Positions 13,256 to 26,700 of a stretch of DNA of 64,000 nt are shown in pieces. The DNA comes from Antedon mediterranea (taxonomy: Eukaryota; Animalia; Echinodermata): positions 9,734,001-9,798,000 of the forward strand of contig NC_092672.1 of the NCBI RefSeq assembly GCF_964355755.1, in the 5' to 3' direction. How positions within the stretch are numbered: the first letter of the stretch is position 1; each line of letters starts with the position of its first letter. A program made the translations under genes and the position numbers. Below the pieces are notes generated by a model. It was not told where the DNA came from and made no database searches. It saw only the letters and a program-made list of their open reading frames with translations.

Positions 13256-14090
13256 CAACTGTAAACAAGTAGGGGGAAATTTACGGATTTGTAATCCAGA
13301 AAAATATTGACAGCACATATTTTAATTTTTTTTAAACATAGGGTGACAGTTTTATAATGTTTTTATATAATATAATAATTATTGCATAATTATTATAATT
13401 ATTTATTATATACAGTATAGAAACACATAATAATCACGCGTTATAAATATTAAATATACACAGTTATAATATGGAATAATATCAATACGGTACTCCTTTA
13501 AAAAGGGGTGAAAACTCACACTAATTCCACGCAAAGAAAAGGTAAATATTCACTCCCATTATAAAAGTGAACATCTGACCAATCAACACACTTGAAAAAA
13601 AGTGCTTAGAAACAACCAATCAGAAACTTTCATGCACGCGTCTTCTTACCATCATGCTACAGAAGTCTCTTAAATTGCCGCCATCTTAATATTAGACCAA
13701 ACTTTGTGGCAATGAACAAGACTTACGGTACTTTACAAATGTATTAGAACGATAGAGAAGGAATCCCATGCCAGTTAGACGGTACATGAAAATTAATAGT
13801 AAGTACTACTAGTGAAATAAGTAGACCTGAGCTAGCCTCTCGGTACGGGCAGGTTAGCCTGCCTTGACCTTGCCTGGTCGCTGAGTTACGGTAGGCTTGG
13901 ATAAGGAGTACCGATACTGGGACCACGGGATCACTGCATCGCTCATCACCGGCGGTCAATTCAGGCCTTTACCTAGCTAATCAGTAGTAGTATGGCTAGC
14001 TGCCAGATACTAAATTACAATTTATAATTGTTATTTTTAGTTGAATTATAAATAGGTAAAACCAGGGAGTTAGTAAAACAATGTAATACT

Positions 14091-14615
14091 GGGAGGTTTC
14101 GCAACCTTACGAATACGATAACGAAAACGGATACGTCATACATTTGTGAAACTTTTTAGCTCATCCTTTCTTTGCTGATCCCCATCTCATATTCCTAAAG
14201 CGTATTTGTGTTGACGAATATCACCAGTCATATTCGTAACTACAAAACGAGTATAGTTTTTGATCTATTTTGCACATTTTGCATTTGAATTAGGAATGAT
14301 TCATGATTATAATATAATTATAGATTTATTGAAAGTAATTTACTAAAGTAATTTACTAAAATGCCAGGTCAATTTAGATAAATAGCAGTTTTTAAAGTCC
14401 TCACTCGCTTTGATGTTACGCTAGGCCTAGGCAGCCAAGCACCAAGCAACACGTACCTGCGCTTCGCTCAAATTTACCGCAGTCATAATTATTTTGGACG
14501 CGCCTCGATATTTCGTTGCCATGCGAAACAGATTTTTTTATGGCTTACGAAAACGAATACGTGTGCGTGACGTATCCGTTTTCGTTATCGTATTCGTAAG
14601 ATTGCGAAACCTCTC
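14091..14615. mobile_element. MITE with ~48-bp TIRs (PIF/Harbinger-like)
   Basis: GGGAGGTTTCGCAACCTTACGAATACGATAACGAAAACGGATACGTCA ... TGACGTATCCGTTTTCGTTATCGTATTCGTAAGATTGCGAAACCTCTC. Confidence 0.75.
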
Positions 14616-17600
14616 TATTGTATGGTTATCTTTTGTTAACTCGAAAATTCAATCGAAAGAATGAGAGTGAGAAGTTCACTCTAATTATGTTTTACTTAGC
14701 GTGATTCACTTGTCTAGTGTAGGCCCAGTAGGGCCTACAGTCTAAAAGTAAGATAGAAATTAAATTATAGACCGTCACAATTACCTATTTATTAAACTAA
14801 ATCTGCCAAAAAGGGTAATTTCAATAAGATCAGCCTAATTACTGAAAACAAACATTTTGTTTTAGTAATGACGCCCTCTATTACTGAGGTATGTAAATTG
14901 CATTTACTACACGATTTTAGACAATTGTATAATGCATAAATAAAAATAAACCGTCTTGGAAGGAACCAACAGATAAAACCTTTTTTTAAAACATATTATA
15001 GTTATCATTTAATCTATTTCAAATGTAAACTATGTAATTATAAAACCATTAACACTATTCTTATGCTACCAAATCCACAGCCTTACCCTACATTTGCGCC
15101 GCATTATAGCATAAAATATGAACAAACAATTAATTGGTTATAAAACAAATAATATGAAACCTAAATTTAAAAATGTCAATTTACCTCACTTCAACACTGT
15201 TTAAAAAAACCTATTTAGTATTGTTTTATGTATTATTTGAAAAAGTAATAAAATAAAACAATATTGCCCTTCTCTCTTCTCCTTCTTCCTTGTGAAATGT
15301 TATGCATGAAGTGAAACAACTTTATATTAGGAACAGTAAACAGAGTATAACATGTCATTTTTTACTCATCGATCCCACAAAAAAAAATCAATCAAACAAT
15401 AAACAATCATGTGTTGGTTAGATATACATAGTGCAACAATCAACAAACCGCTTGGAAATTATGTACTAGTGTATTTAGTAAAACTTTCAAAAATCTCCCA
15501 ATAAAAGGCAAATTAAAAAATATGATATTCCTTAATGATATGACTATTTTGGGCCCACGGTATCTCCCACGGTTAAGGTAATTAAATACACAGACGAGCG
15601 GTAACGCCTCTATAAGCACCCTTACAGATCTATTAGGATTTCCGACCGGGCCGTATTTCTGATCTTAATATTATAAAGGTAGCCTAGACCTATATCTGTT
15701 TAATACCTCCATGCGTCGCTTCAGTGGGATCTTTTACAAAGTGAACAGTTGAAATTATAGACCTACGGATCGCCACCCAGGCAGCACATTTCAAGTACAG
15801 TATTATGAACACAATTCTGCATTTGTGGAAAAAAAAAAAAACAATGTATGGTACGACTGAATAATCTGTCTAGGCTCAAATTTAAATCATTGATTTGCAA
15901 AATTATATATAGGTGAATTTTGTCTTAATTCTTAAAACGAATTATTAAAATATGTATGGCATTTTTGTATTAGAATAATTTTTCTATTTTATTAAGATCG
16001 TGATTTCAATATTTTGGCTGGTTTCAGTTTAGTCGTGCAAATCACGTAACTGCTTTGATTATCCATGAAAAAAAATTAGTTATTTCTCCATGATTTTTTG
16101 TTTGGAGGTTTGCATGGCGAAATCTAATGTTGATATCAAGTTTGTGGTACACCCCGTTTATTAGTTCTGAAAAGAACTGTTGAGTGTCTCCATGACTATT
16201 TTCTTTTTCTTCTTTATAAACTGGAGTATATTTTGTATTAAAGATTATTATTTTTCACCACAGAGGTTTTTATCGTGATTTTAATGTTTGTGCTGATTTC
16301 AGTTTAATACGCAATTTGAGTAAAATAACTTCTCTTATTACATTATCATACGTTTAATTATTGTTAGTTTTTTTATGATTCTGATGAATTCAGATTCTTC
16401 TGTTTCCTTCTTTATTATAAACAGGTAATAAATAAATGGTTTTCATTTTGTATTTGTTTCCTGTATCATTATTATCTGCGTATATAATACAAAGGTCACG
16501 GGTTTTACAAGTAATACGTGTCCGGATAGTTAGCGGATTTTTCTTGATTGTACTGGTATTACTTTTAATCCGCAAAAACCAATACTGAAGAACTGTTCCT
16601 TTTGCTTTCCTGTATGAAGAGAGACCTTGAATGACTATCTCAATGTTAAACTAAATACAAAACGCTTGGAGAAGTTGATTCACTGTTTTATATAGGCCTA
16701 AGTATGCCTGAAACTCTCTCTATATCTGTTTTTTGTACAGGTATTTATTAAAACTCCGTAGGCCTACGGTTATAATAATTATACAGAACTGTACCGAAAT
16801 GTCATCTATCATCTAACAATTTTGCATAACAATTTAACAGTGATAGCTCGGGGAAGTACAAGGTGGTCTTAGTAGATATTATGTTGGTTTATGACAATAA
16901 TTATCATGAACTTGATAGGCCCTATTGATCCTATGTTTTTTACTCCATATCCCCTTTACAGCTTTAAGATCGCGCTGTGATGATTGGTCTGTATGAAAGC
17001 ATGTTTGACTATCATGGAAATAGAAACTACAGCCGAATAACAACTGTTATGTCATATAATAGATTCATTAAGCGCATTATGTGGAAATAAATTACTCGAT
17101 CCAGCCCGTTTTCTAGGTCCAAACAACGACCGGTGACGCAATAAATATCACAATTTAACGAACAATGGCTATGATAACAATATCATAATTATTTAAACAA
17201 CCTACTCGGTGTCTATGACTTCGACGTGACCTCAGAGATTCGGGTACGTAAATTAGTAATTATATAACAAGTCCATTCTCGAAATGCAACCATTCGAAAT
17301 TGACCTAGCATCAACGCTAAATAACATACTGGCCTGGTCATGTTTTATATCATTGCAAAGACCAGGATTCCCAAATCCCTCCACCAGCAACCCCTCATTT
17401 TTTATAAGACAACACAATATAATATATCACATAAACTCTACATGCACATCATAGAACGGAACACGGCATCGTGTAATTTACACGAATCCTTGATTGGCTA
17501 TTTAGTTTATTATTAACCTGAGAAGAAGAACTTCTATTGTACCGGCGTATTGTAGCAACGTGCGTATGTTTACACAGCACTCCTGTATGTAGACATGCAA

Positions 17601-18539
17601 AATCATATCGAGTTAAATATATATGATAATATTGTTTGATGGTTTTGTTTACACAGTGTGATACCGTTAAGTACCTTAATACAGCCGTAAGACTTTACAT
17701 TAACAAAAGGAGATACTCTTTTAAGTTGAAAATCTAAAGAATTGTATTATTGGTCCTTCGTATACTTTGTATAGTTTTCTCAATGATTATTCTTGAGAAT
17801 GGTTCCATGATGGTTCCAAACGATCTTTTTTTTGGGCATTAAATTTTATTTAGCAATGATGTTGTTATGTTCTATGATTACATGCATTTGCATAGGCCTA
17901 CAGCGAGAGGATTCAGAGTGATCCATGGGTGGTCGATGGGAAAATTGTTGAAAAAATTAATTGAAATTGAATTGAAAATTATAATAAAAGAAACCGAACA
18001 TGTAACTTTCCGACAAGGTTTGCATTTGTGTAGTGCCATTTTCTTTTCATCCAGTTGGCCGTTTTAAGGCCCCTTGTAAACATAATTGTATTCCTTTTCG
18101 CAAACAAACAGACAACACAATGGAATTGTCTATTGCGAGTTTTTGTATTTATAAGTTATACCATGGTTACACACTAACCAAGTGTATAAGGTTCACACAT
18201 AGCATCGGTTTGTGTTTCGAAAGAGAATTAAGGGCCCTATATTCAATATTAACAATCATTGATAATTATTAACAACCATCATCCTGCGCGCGTGTTCTTC
18301 TTCACCTGCTTTTGCAATGATCATTCTATTTACATTGTATTGCAGATAGTGAGCACATTTTTTGGTCACTATAAATAGCCGACAATAATGTTTGATGTTA
18401 TTTCTAGATGCATGATCTTTTATCAACATAATTTGTTGAAAAGGAACTCATCCAGAAGATTAAGAGCTATCAAGTAGGTGGTGCCACCTGATAAAACTTA
18501 CTTTGTTTTACATATATTTAGATTGCTGAACCCATCATT

Positions 18540-18586
18540 GTGAAACCATGGAGGAAATATACAGTATATTTCCTCCATGGTGAAAC
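18540..18586. repeat. 33-bp palindrome flanked by 7-bp direct repeat (candidate transposon footprint)
   Basis: GTGAAAC|CATGGAGGAAATATACAGTATATTTCCTCCATG|GTGAAAC. Confidence 0.8.
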
Positions 18587-18624
18587 TAAGAGCTTGTTCG
18601 CACTTAGATACAATGTAGGCCTAA

Positions 18625-18970
18625 GGCCAATTTACACATACGAGCGTTAACGGTAATAATAACAGGATAATATAATAATAATAATAATAATAATAAGATT
18701 TTTATAGCGCACATACCACTCCAGAGTGCTCAAGGCGCATTTAAAAAAATAAAAAAGAAATAAATCATACAAATTCCTGAAAAATAAAATGCAATTTCAT
18801 CCGTTGTCGTTCTGTCGCGGTCCCGGACCCCTATAGAGGCCTATGTTACACACAACGCGGAGCGGACGGGCGGTTTCGGCTCAGGATAGATACTGGTACA
18901 GATTAATTCTACGTGGGACAAGCTACGCGGTTTTCCGCTTACCGTTACCACTCGTCTGTGTAAATTGGCC
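18625..18970. mobile_element. PIF/Harbinger-like MITE with an inserted SINE/LINE 3' tail
   Basis: TIRs are GGCCAATTTACACA...CGAG / CTCG...TGTGTAAATTGGCC, with TAA on the left flank. An internal (AAT)n plus TATAGCGC...GTGCTCAAGGCGC retro-tail lies at ~18670-18740. Confidence 0.65.
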
Positions 18971-21900
18971 TTTACACAATGGTCGCGCGAGGCTTCTACT
19001 GGGTATAAAATTTGAGATAAAACAACTGTTTTAAAAACCACCGTACCTTAAGTTTACTTTTTTAGAGGCACTGTGATTATGCCGGGGATAAAACCTGGAT
19101 TTAAACCCACAACTATGAAAACACACAAGATGTTAACCATCGATTTACTTTTTCATTTTGGATAGTATAGTGTCAAAGATTTAATATTGTGTAATCGTTA
19201 GGCCTATAATGTACCGTTCTTACATAAACAAAACGCCCATAGATAATAGTGTTATAATATTTATTAAAATCATAGAAAATTGTCCATCAAAAGTGCACAT
19301 TAATGCGCGTACGATCAATATAATTATTAAAATACATCTTTAAACTTTTTGAAAAATAATTCTATTCAATTAGGCCTAACATTAGTAAATAACAAAACAA
19401 AAATGCTGTCGTAAACCCGTGCTGCGTTACAAATGAATATAATAGTTATACCGTATATAACGTACACCGAATGGAAAACATGAAACATAGTTTATATTGT
19501 TTATAACTGAAGGACTAACGTGTTTAAAAATTAAAACATCTGAAAATAATGTGCATTTTTATTAATTTTATAATACAATTAAATACATTAATTCATTCCA
19601 TGCCAACAAATCAATAACATCCATGGTTTCATTTTTATTTTGACTTTACAAACGTTTTTTGGGACTTCTAATGGTGACGTCACTTGAGAACAATTATTGT
19701 AATCCATAACGTATAGTGCTAATGGAGGACTATATGATGTGGATGAAATCTTATTGTTACTTTTTGCATAGTGAACCTTCTTTGAAATTAGTTCAACACA
19801 ATTATTTTCAAATGCAATGCGGCATATCTCATAATTGGTACCATGTTTCAATTTAATAATTTCAAACTGCCGTTTGTTCTGATCTCATAAAATAGCCTAT
19901 ATTTTTCATTCTTTTTTTTTTATAATTCATGGGTGAAATTGGTTGAGTTGGCACGAAACAATCAAAATGTGAAATTTCACAAGAGCTTGAAAAACAATAC
20001 AAATATTAAATATCTAAAGCAAAATTCCTTAAAAATCTACCCTGAGAATACCATACAAAAACCTCTACCCTAAAATGCAGCAGGCCTATAACATAAATAC
20101 ATTTTTAAATGCGTTTGCTAGTATTATATTTGACCTTTTCAGAAGAAAAGAAGTTAATATTCGATTCCATTGTAAATGTGTTATTTTATTTAGAAAAAAA
20201 AGTTATCCGAACCAACCTATATCTCCGTGTACAAACAAACAATATATGGATAATAATGGTTCAAAGGGAGAACATGTGAAGTATAGGCCTCAAGTAAGAC
20301 TATCCACGTGTAATGTATGTGTAGGTCTAACAATAATATTAACACATATAAATAACATTATTGACTGGAATTCAGCTGCTGCTTAAACCTTGCATTGTAT
20401 TTTAACCACACTAATTAGGTATTCACGTATACACTAAAATATTCATATTTGGTATAGTCTTCTACTGTATTCAGACAGATACCCAATCACATCTAAATTC
20501 GTTCATCTTTTAATTTACTTTATACATTGAAAGAACGATGGAACACACATAATTATTATTACTAGGCCTATCAAGGCATTTGCATTGTTTATTTTATAAA
20601 AATCAACCCGTTAATTTAAACCAGCATCGGTGGTTTCAATCGTGTATCTTAGGCCTACTATCTAGTGATGATAATTTCTTATGATAATATTAATGATAGA
20701 ACAAGCTAATGCCTTTTCGCAAATTGTTCAAACAATCGAAACGATCTTGATGTTTCGACACCATTGATTATATTTACTGAACTGAACTTCATTATTGTAG
20801 GGTTGTCCATATATTGGGCAAACCGTCATATTGAATATACGTAATAACAGTAAATATTTGAGATAATAATCAAGTCATGCATTAAAAGACATAGCAACAC
20901 ATTCTGATTTCTATTAATTTCAAATTTAACATATAATTCATTTATAAAAAAACAAATGTGACATATCAGCTACACTATATAAGTGACGAAATTAAGGCAC
21001 GTGTCAAAACGCTGACGATAAGGTTGTATCCACTCATCAACTTACGTAAGAGGGACGAAATTAACTAACGCGCGTTTGATTTGCAACGCAATGGCGTAGA
21101 TGCAAGTGAGTTGACCAATCACAAGCGATACATCGCTTCGTGGTTGTTCAAATGCGCTTACATCTTTGCGTTGTGTCCAGGTGGGAACAAAGTTTATTCG
21201 CCGACAATATATGATTATACGGCTACTGGGCGCATACGTCACGTCATGTCGCCTTGTGGAATTCAGTGACACTATACAGAGTGACGCAATTAACACACGT
21301 TCAAACGCGGAAAATGATACGGTTTTTATACGCGCGTCAACTCAATGATTTTGTCATTGATAACTCACGTGAGCGTTTCGAGATTGTAGTCTGACATGGT
21401 TTATTAAAGTTTTAAAAAAAACCTTAAAATAATCAACATGTTACATCTGAAATAAAAACACAATGTCATATGAATTAATCTTATAATAATAAGGAACTAT
21501 TTCTAACCAGCAGGAAATGTTTTCTGCTTCGGTCTTCAATGTGATTCTAATAACTAATGTTACTTCCGTGTTCATGTAATGACATATTAAAGGTATCATT
21601 TTATGAAACACAAGAATAAGCTGCCTGTTGATTTTTTTTTATATATATTATTAACTATTAAACTATTAATACACACAAGTCAAAGTTTTCAGAATGATGT
21701 GTTTGCTGTGAAAGTTGATACGCTCCACTTGTCTTGAATAGCAGACGATCAACGAATAGCAGACTTCCATTCATAGAAGTACAGTAGTTATTTTGAATTA
21801 TTACATAAACACAATTGAAGCGACCGTAGTTATGCCATTTATGGTGTCGGAACATTGTTATATTTAATCTTGTACACAAGGTTAAAGTATCAACACTTTA

Positions 21901-22686
21901 TTGTGTGCGACACAATACGCGTAAAATACCTAGTCTACTAATACGATTTGAACACACCTAAATCCGCTTCGGTTTTATCAATCTACCACGTCTCACAATA
22001 CGGTATCAGTGTACTAAACAGTGTAGTAAACACTTCATATGCCGTATTTGTCAGTTTTCAAGGTACTGTATCACCAATAATGCATTACCTTATTAATCAT
22101 ATACTTTAATACGAAAAATAATAAGAACTATGGCCTTTGCTGTGTATTTATCAACGTTGTAGCGGACTGAATTCATCCATTCGTCTTCTAATAATCGAAA
22201 AAGTAAAATTAGTGTAGAAAATCGACACTCGGATTTAGCACAGTGAGGAAGGCTGGCTAGATCGATTCATTGTACCAATTTTCATAATAAACTAAAGCGA
22301 ATGTCAGAAACAGTAACAGTAACATTATCACACGTTATATAGTCCTTTCTAAAAATCACGATCATGCGTAGTACGAAAGATTTGTTGCTAGGTGCTCATA
22401 GGCGGGAAGTTGCATTTCAAACCACAGATCTTCATCAGGTTCATCATAACAAACGTACGGTTATGAATCATAACTGACATCGATCCTATGTATACGAACA
22501 AGTGTTAACACGTTTTATACGTCGCTTTGTTCTTAGTATAGACAACTGTAACTCGTATATTTTAATTACAAACAGTCATCGATGGCATGATAAATACCTA
22601 CCATGCTAAATTTGATCATGTTTGATACGAATAATTCATAAAGAACTCGGCGCCGTAGTATTAGGTTGGGTTGAAATAAATAATAT

Positions 22687-23583
22687 TTAATCAACTTTAA
22701 TGCCATTACCATTTGAGTGGGTTGTCTTGGAGATGTGACCGTTTCCATTGGCATAGATTGCGTTGCCATTCTTCTCAATTTTCTTCGCACTTGGCCTTGA
22801 ACAAAAGTACGCTTTGTAAAAATAATGAGCAAAAAGAACAAAATAGCTTGCATACATCAATAATGCTACCAAAATGTTCGTGTCTGTTGTTGAGCAGTGT
22901 TCACCGCGTGCACGAAAAACGTATGCCAGGTAGTTGACGGCGACACCGACGACCATTTGCGACATCTGGAACAATGTTATGCATACATTGACGAAGCGAG
23001 GAATCTTGTAGAGCCGCGACGCACGCAACGTATAATAAGAGTACATAACGGCGTGTACAGTTGCATTGACAAGAATGAAATAACGTCCCGGGGCAACCAT
23101 GTATTGGTAACTGTACCAAGAGTAAACAAACACTGTGATATGGTGATACCAATGTAAGAAAATTAATGGTTGCTTACGTAGAACGATAAACATAGTATCC
23201 CCCAGTTCTGGTAATTTACTTATTACGAACAGCAACGACCAAAATCCATTCACACCGTGGTAACCAATTTCAGCGTCACACATCGTAGCTTTGAATCCAA
23301 ACATTCGGTAATATAGTACATATTCGCTCCATAGTCTCCAAGCACATACTACACTAAACACAGCAAGAATAAACGACCATAGTATAAGAGCCGGCCGCAG
23401 GTCAAATCGACTCCTATGCAGCATCAGTCGTTTTAAACCAAAAATAACTACGACATATACCATACTTATAACTATAGAAAGAGTCCAGTACTTTGAAAAC
23501 CAATCCAACCATGGCTGAGCGTGGTAGTCCTCTTCAAAACTAAACAAACTCTGCTGAAATACTTCATCGATTTGCTCCAACAT
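22687..23583 (-). CDS. ELOVL6: Very-long-chain fatty acid elongase, ELOVL6/ELOVL3-like (298 aa, intronless CDS)
   Basis: The ORF carries the ELO motifs SKLPELGDT, FLHWYHH (HxxHH), NATVHAVMYSYY and TLFQMSQM, multiple TM helices and a lysine at -3 (KVD) in the C-terminus. The first ATG is at 23583; the ORF-track start at 23610 is TTG. Confidence 0.92.
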   Translation of the reverse strand: MLEQIDEVFQQSLFSFEEDYHAQPWLDWFSKYWTLSIVISMVYVVVIFGLKRLMLHRSRFDLRPALILWSFILAVFSVVCAWRLWSEYVLYYRMFGFKATMCDAEIGYHGVNGFWSLLFVISKLPELGDTMFIVLRKQPLIFLHWYHHITVFVYSWYSYQYMVAPGRYFILVNATVHAVMYSYYTLRASRLYKIPRFVNVCITLFQMSQMVVGVAVNYLAYVFRARGEHCSTTDTNILVALLMYASYFVLFAHYFYKAYFCSRPSAKKIEKNGNAIYANGNGHISKTTHSNGNGIKVD

Positions 23584-25002
23584 GGTGTTATAATATAGTT
23601 TAAATGGCAAGGTGCAAAACAGAGTGACAATATGAACAGACCACGTTTACCGGTATTTATACTTCCAATATTATGAATGGAAAGTGAACGTTGTACCGTG
23701 TTGATATGCTGTGTACTACGGTTCAAAGCCGCGCCCACTCTCAAATACGTAGCAATACAAATAACCTATAGACAGGCTGACCTCAAACTGCGAACTGTTT
23801 GCTTCACGGGTCTATAGAACACTAATGACGATACAAGCAAGGGAAGACACTACTTCACGAACGGGTTCTATTCACACAAAACCTCTTATTCTTGCTAATT
23901 CAACCCGGAAATCTACATGAATTCAACTTACAACAACAAAACGGTTTTTATATCTATTAAGCTCATTGCTGACAATGATTGAATTGAATTCCAATGAATA
24001 AATCAGTCGAGAGTATTATGACGTCACTTGTGTACATTTACCGACATGTATCAAATAACTGTTATTTATGTCCCGGCAGCGTCCCAGAAAGATCCATCGA
24101 TTGAAGTAATTAAAAATTCAATCATAAATTATTATTAATTAGTTATGTACAAACTATGGCACCCCTAAAATTACCGATGTTATTATATAAGATAAAGTTC
24201 CGCCACCCTCTGATCAAGTACAGCATATATCCAGTAGGAAATTTGTATATATAGTGTTTCACGACACCGACTATCCCCTTCCTTCCGTATTCCATGGTAG
24301 GGTACGCAATTTTTTTAAATGTATTATAGGCCCTACCCAGTTTCTTTATATACCTACCTGTACAATAGTCAAGAAACACATTGATCGAATTTAGTTAAAT
24401 GTTTTTATTAATTTATTTATTTTTTCATTTTAATAATAGTAAAGAGAGGAATTCACAAAGACTTTAATGGCTATTCGATACAGAATTTTTTTTCCTCCTA
24501 ATTACCCAAGTTCAAAAGATGACCGAACAACAGCAGTGATTTACAAGTCATGTGACAAGCCCGGGTTTTACTTTCATGTTGTTTGAACAGAATAAACACC
24601 TAAAATACCGTACACATTGAGAAAGAATCCACATGACGGTTTACATCATAAGCACGAGCTACGTCAAGTTATAAACTGCAAAAAAACACACGGACCTGAA
24701 CAACATGTTATAACGTCACGTAATAATCGTACCTGTCACACTTTAACCCGTCGCAATAATAACTGCTGTCGCACTTTGTAATGAGTGAACTGTCGCACTT
24801 AAATTGAGGTGACGCCCCTTGTAATGCCCCAACCTTAACTTTGTAATAAGCGTGTTTTATTTCAATATTTAAACTCGGTGTCAATTATAGCCTAAAGAAT
24901 AGTATGAGGTAAATTGTTTATGAGTATTAAAAATGTTATTAAAATAACAGAAATTAAAACTTTTTTTTTCTCAATAATCTCATGATGGCACAGATATGCC
25001 TA

Positions 25003-25090
25003 AAGGCAGGCATACACAGTCATACATTTGTCTGTCATACACATCATGATGTGTATGACAGACAAATGTATGACTGTGTATGCCTGCCTT
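25003..25090. repeat. Perfect 88-bp spacerless palindrome
   Basis: The 44-bp arm AAGGCAGGCATACACAGTCATACATTTGTCTGTCATACACATCA is followed immediately by its exact reverse complement. Confidence 0.95.
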
Positions 25091-25278
25091 AAGACGTAAT
25101 TGTTCATTATTCAGCCACAGTTAGTGGAAAATCCCAAACTGCCCCACAGTAGGACTACTAACAATAAGGAAATACAGTGATATTAACAGGCTCAGCACAT
25201 TGTCACATGTCAAAATTATTGTATTCGGGGTTTTATTGACATTTTTAATTAGGATTGGGTACGTTGAGTGGCCTCTAC

Positions 25279-26700
25279 GACGGTATACATTGAGTACGGT
25301 ATCATCGGATACGATATGCAACGTACGGAGCATCAGCACAGATGCATTGAGTTACGGTATACATTGAGTTACGGTATACATTGAGTTACGGTATACATTG
25401 AGTACGATATACATTGAGTACGATATACATTGAGTACGGCATCATCGGATAAGATATGCAACGTACGGAGCATCAGCACAGATGCATTGAGTTGCGGTAT
25501 ACATTGAGTTACGGTATACATTGAGTACGATATCATCGGATACGATATGCAACGTACGGAGCATCAGCACAGATGCATTGAGTTACGGTATACATTGAGT
25601 ACGATATCATCGGATACGATATGCAACGTACGGAGCATCAGCACAGATGCATTGAGTTACGGTATACATTGAGTTACGGTATACATTGAGTACGATATAC
25701 ATTGAGTACGGTACATTGAGTACGGCATCATCGGATACGATATGCAACGTACGGAGCATCAGCACAGATGCATTGAGTTGCGGTATACATTGAGTTACGG
25801 TATACATTGAGTACGGTATACATTGAGTACGGTACATTGAGTACGGCATCATCGGATACGATATGCAACGTACGGAGCATCAGCACAGATGCATTGAGTT
25901 GCGGTATACATTGAGTTACGGTATACATTGAGTTACGGTATACATTGAGTACGATATCATCGGATACGATATGCAACGTACGGAGCATCAGCACAGATGC
26001 ATCGAGTTACGGTATACATTGAGTACGGTATACATTGAGTACGGTACATTGAGTACGGCATCATCGGATACGATATGCAACGTACGGAGCATCAGCACAG
26101 ATGCATTGAGTTACGGTATACATTGAGTTACGGTATACATTGAGTACGGCATCATCGGATACGATATGCAACGTACGGAGCATCAGCACAGATGCATTGA
26201 GTTGCGGTATACATTGAGTTACGGTATACATTGAGTTACGGTATACATTGAGTACGATATCATCGGATACGATATGCAACGTACGGAGCATCAGCACAGA
26301 TGCATCGAGTTACGGTATACATTGAGTTACGGTATACATTGAGTACGGTACATTGAGTACGGCATCATCGGATACGATATGCAACGTACGGAGCATCAGC
26401 ACAGATGCATTGAGTACGGTATACATTTGAGTACGATATCATCGGATACGATATGCCACGTACGGAGCATCAGCACAGATGCATTGAGTTACGGTATACA
26501 TTGAGTACGATATACATTGAGTACGGTACATTGAGTACGGTACATTGAGTACGGTATACATTGAGTACGGTATACATTGAGTTACGATATATACATTAAG
26601 TACGGAATTATATGAGAAACGTATGGAGCATCAGTACACTAGATGCATTAAATTACGGTATACAATGAGTACAGTACGGTATACGGTACCGTACATTGTA
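25279..26700. repeat. Nested minisatellite: ~50-bp constant unit interspersed with variable runs of 14/16/17-bp subunits
   Basis: About 12 copies of TCATCGGATACGATATGCAACGTACGGAGCATCAGCACAGATGCATTGAG, plus one degenerate copy, are separated by a variable number of (T)TACGGTA(TA)CATTGAG units. Confidence 0.95.

Noticed and set aside
23584-23610. N-terminal extension of the ELOVL ORF given in the ORF track
   Set aside because: It starts at TTG; the first ATG is at 23583.
25279-26700. CRISPR-like array (constant repeat with variable spacers) and repeated ORFs MLMLRTLHIVSDD...
   Set aside because: The spacers are themselves tandem copies of one 14-17 bp subunit, there are no cas genes, and the context is eukaryotic. 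The ORFs are by-products of the repeat.
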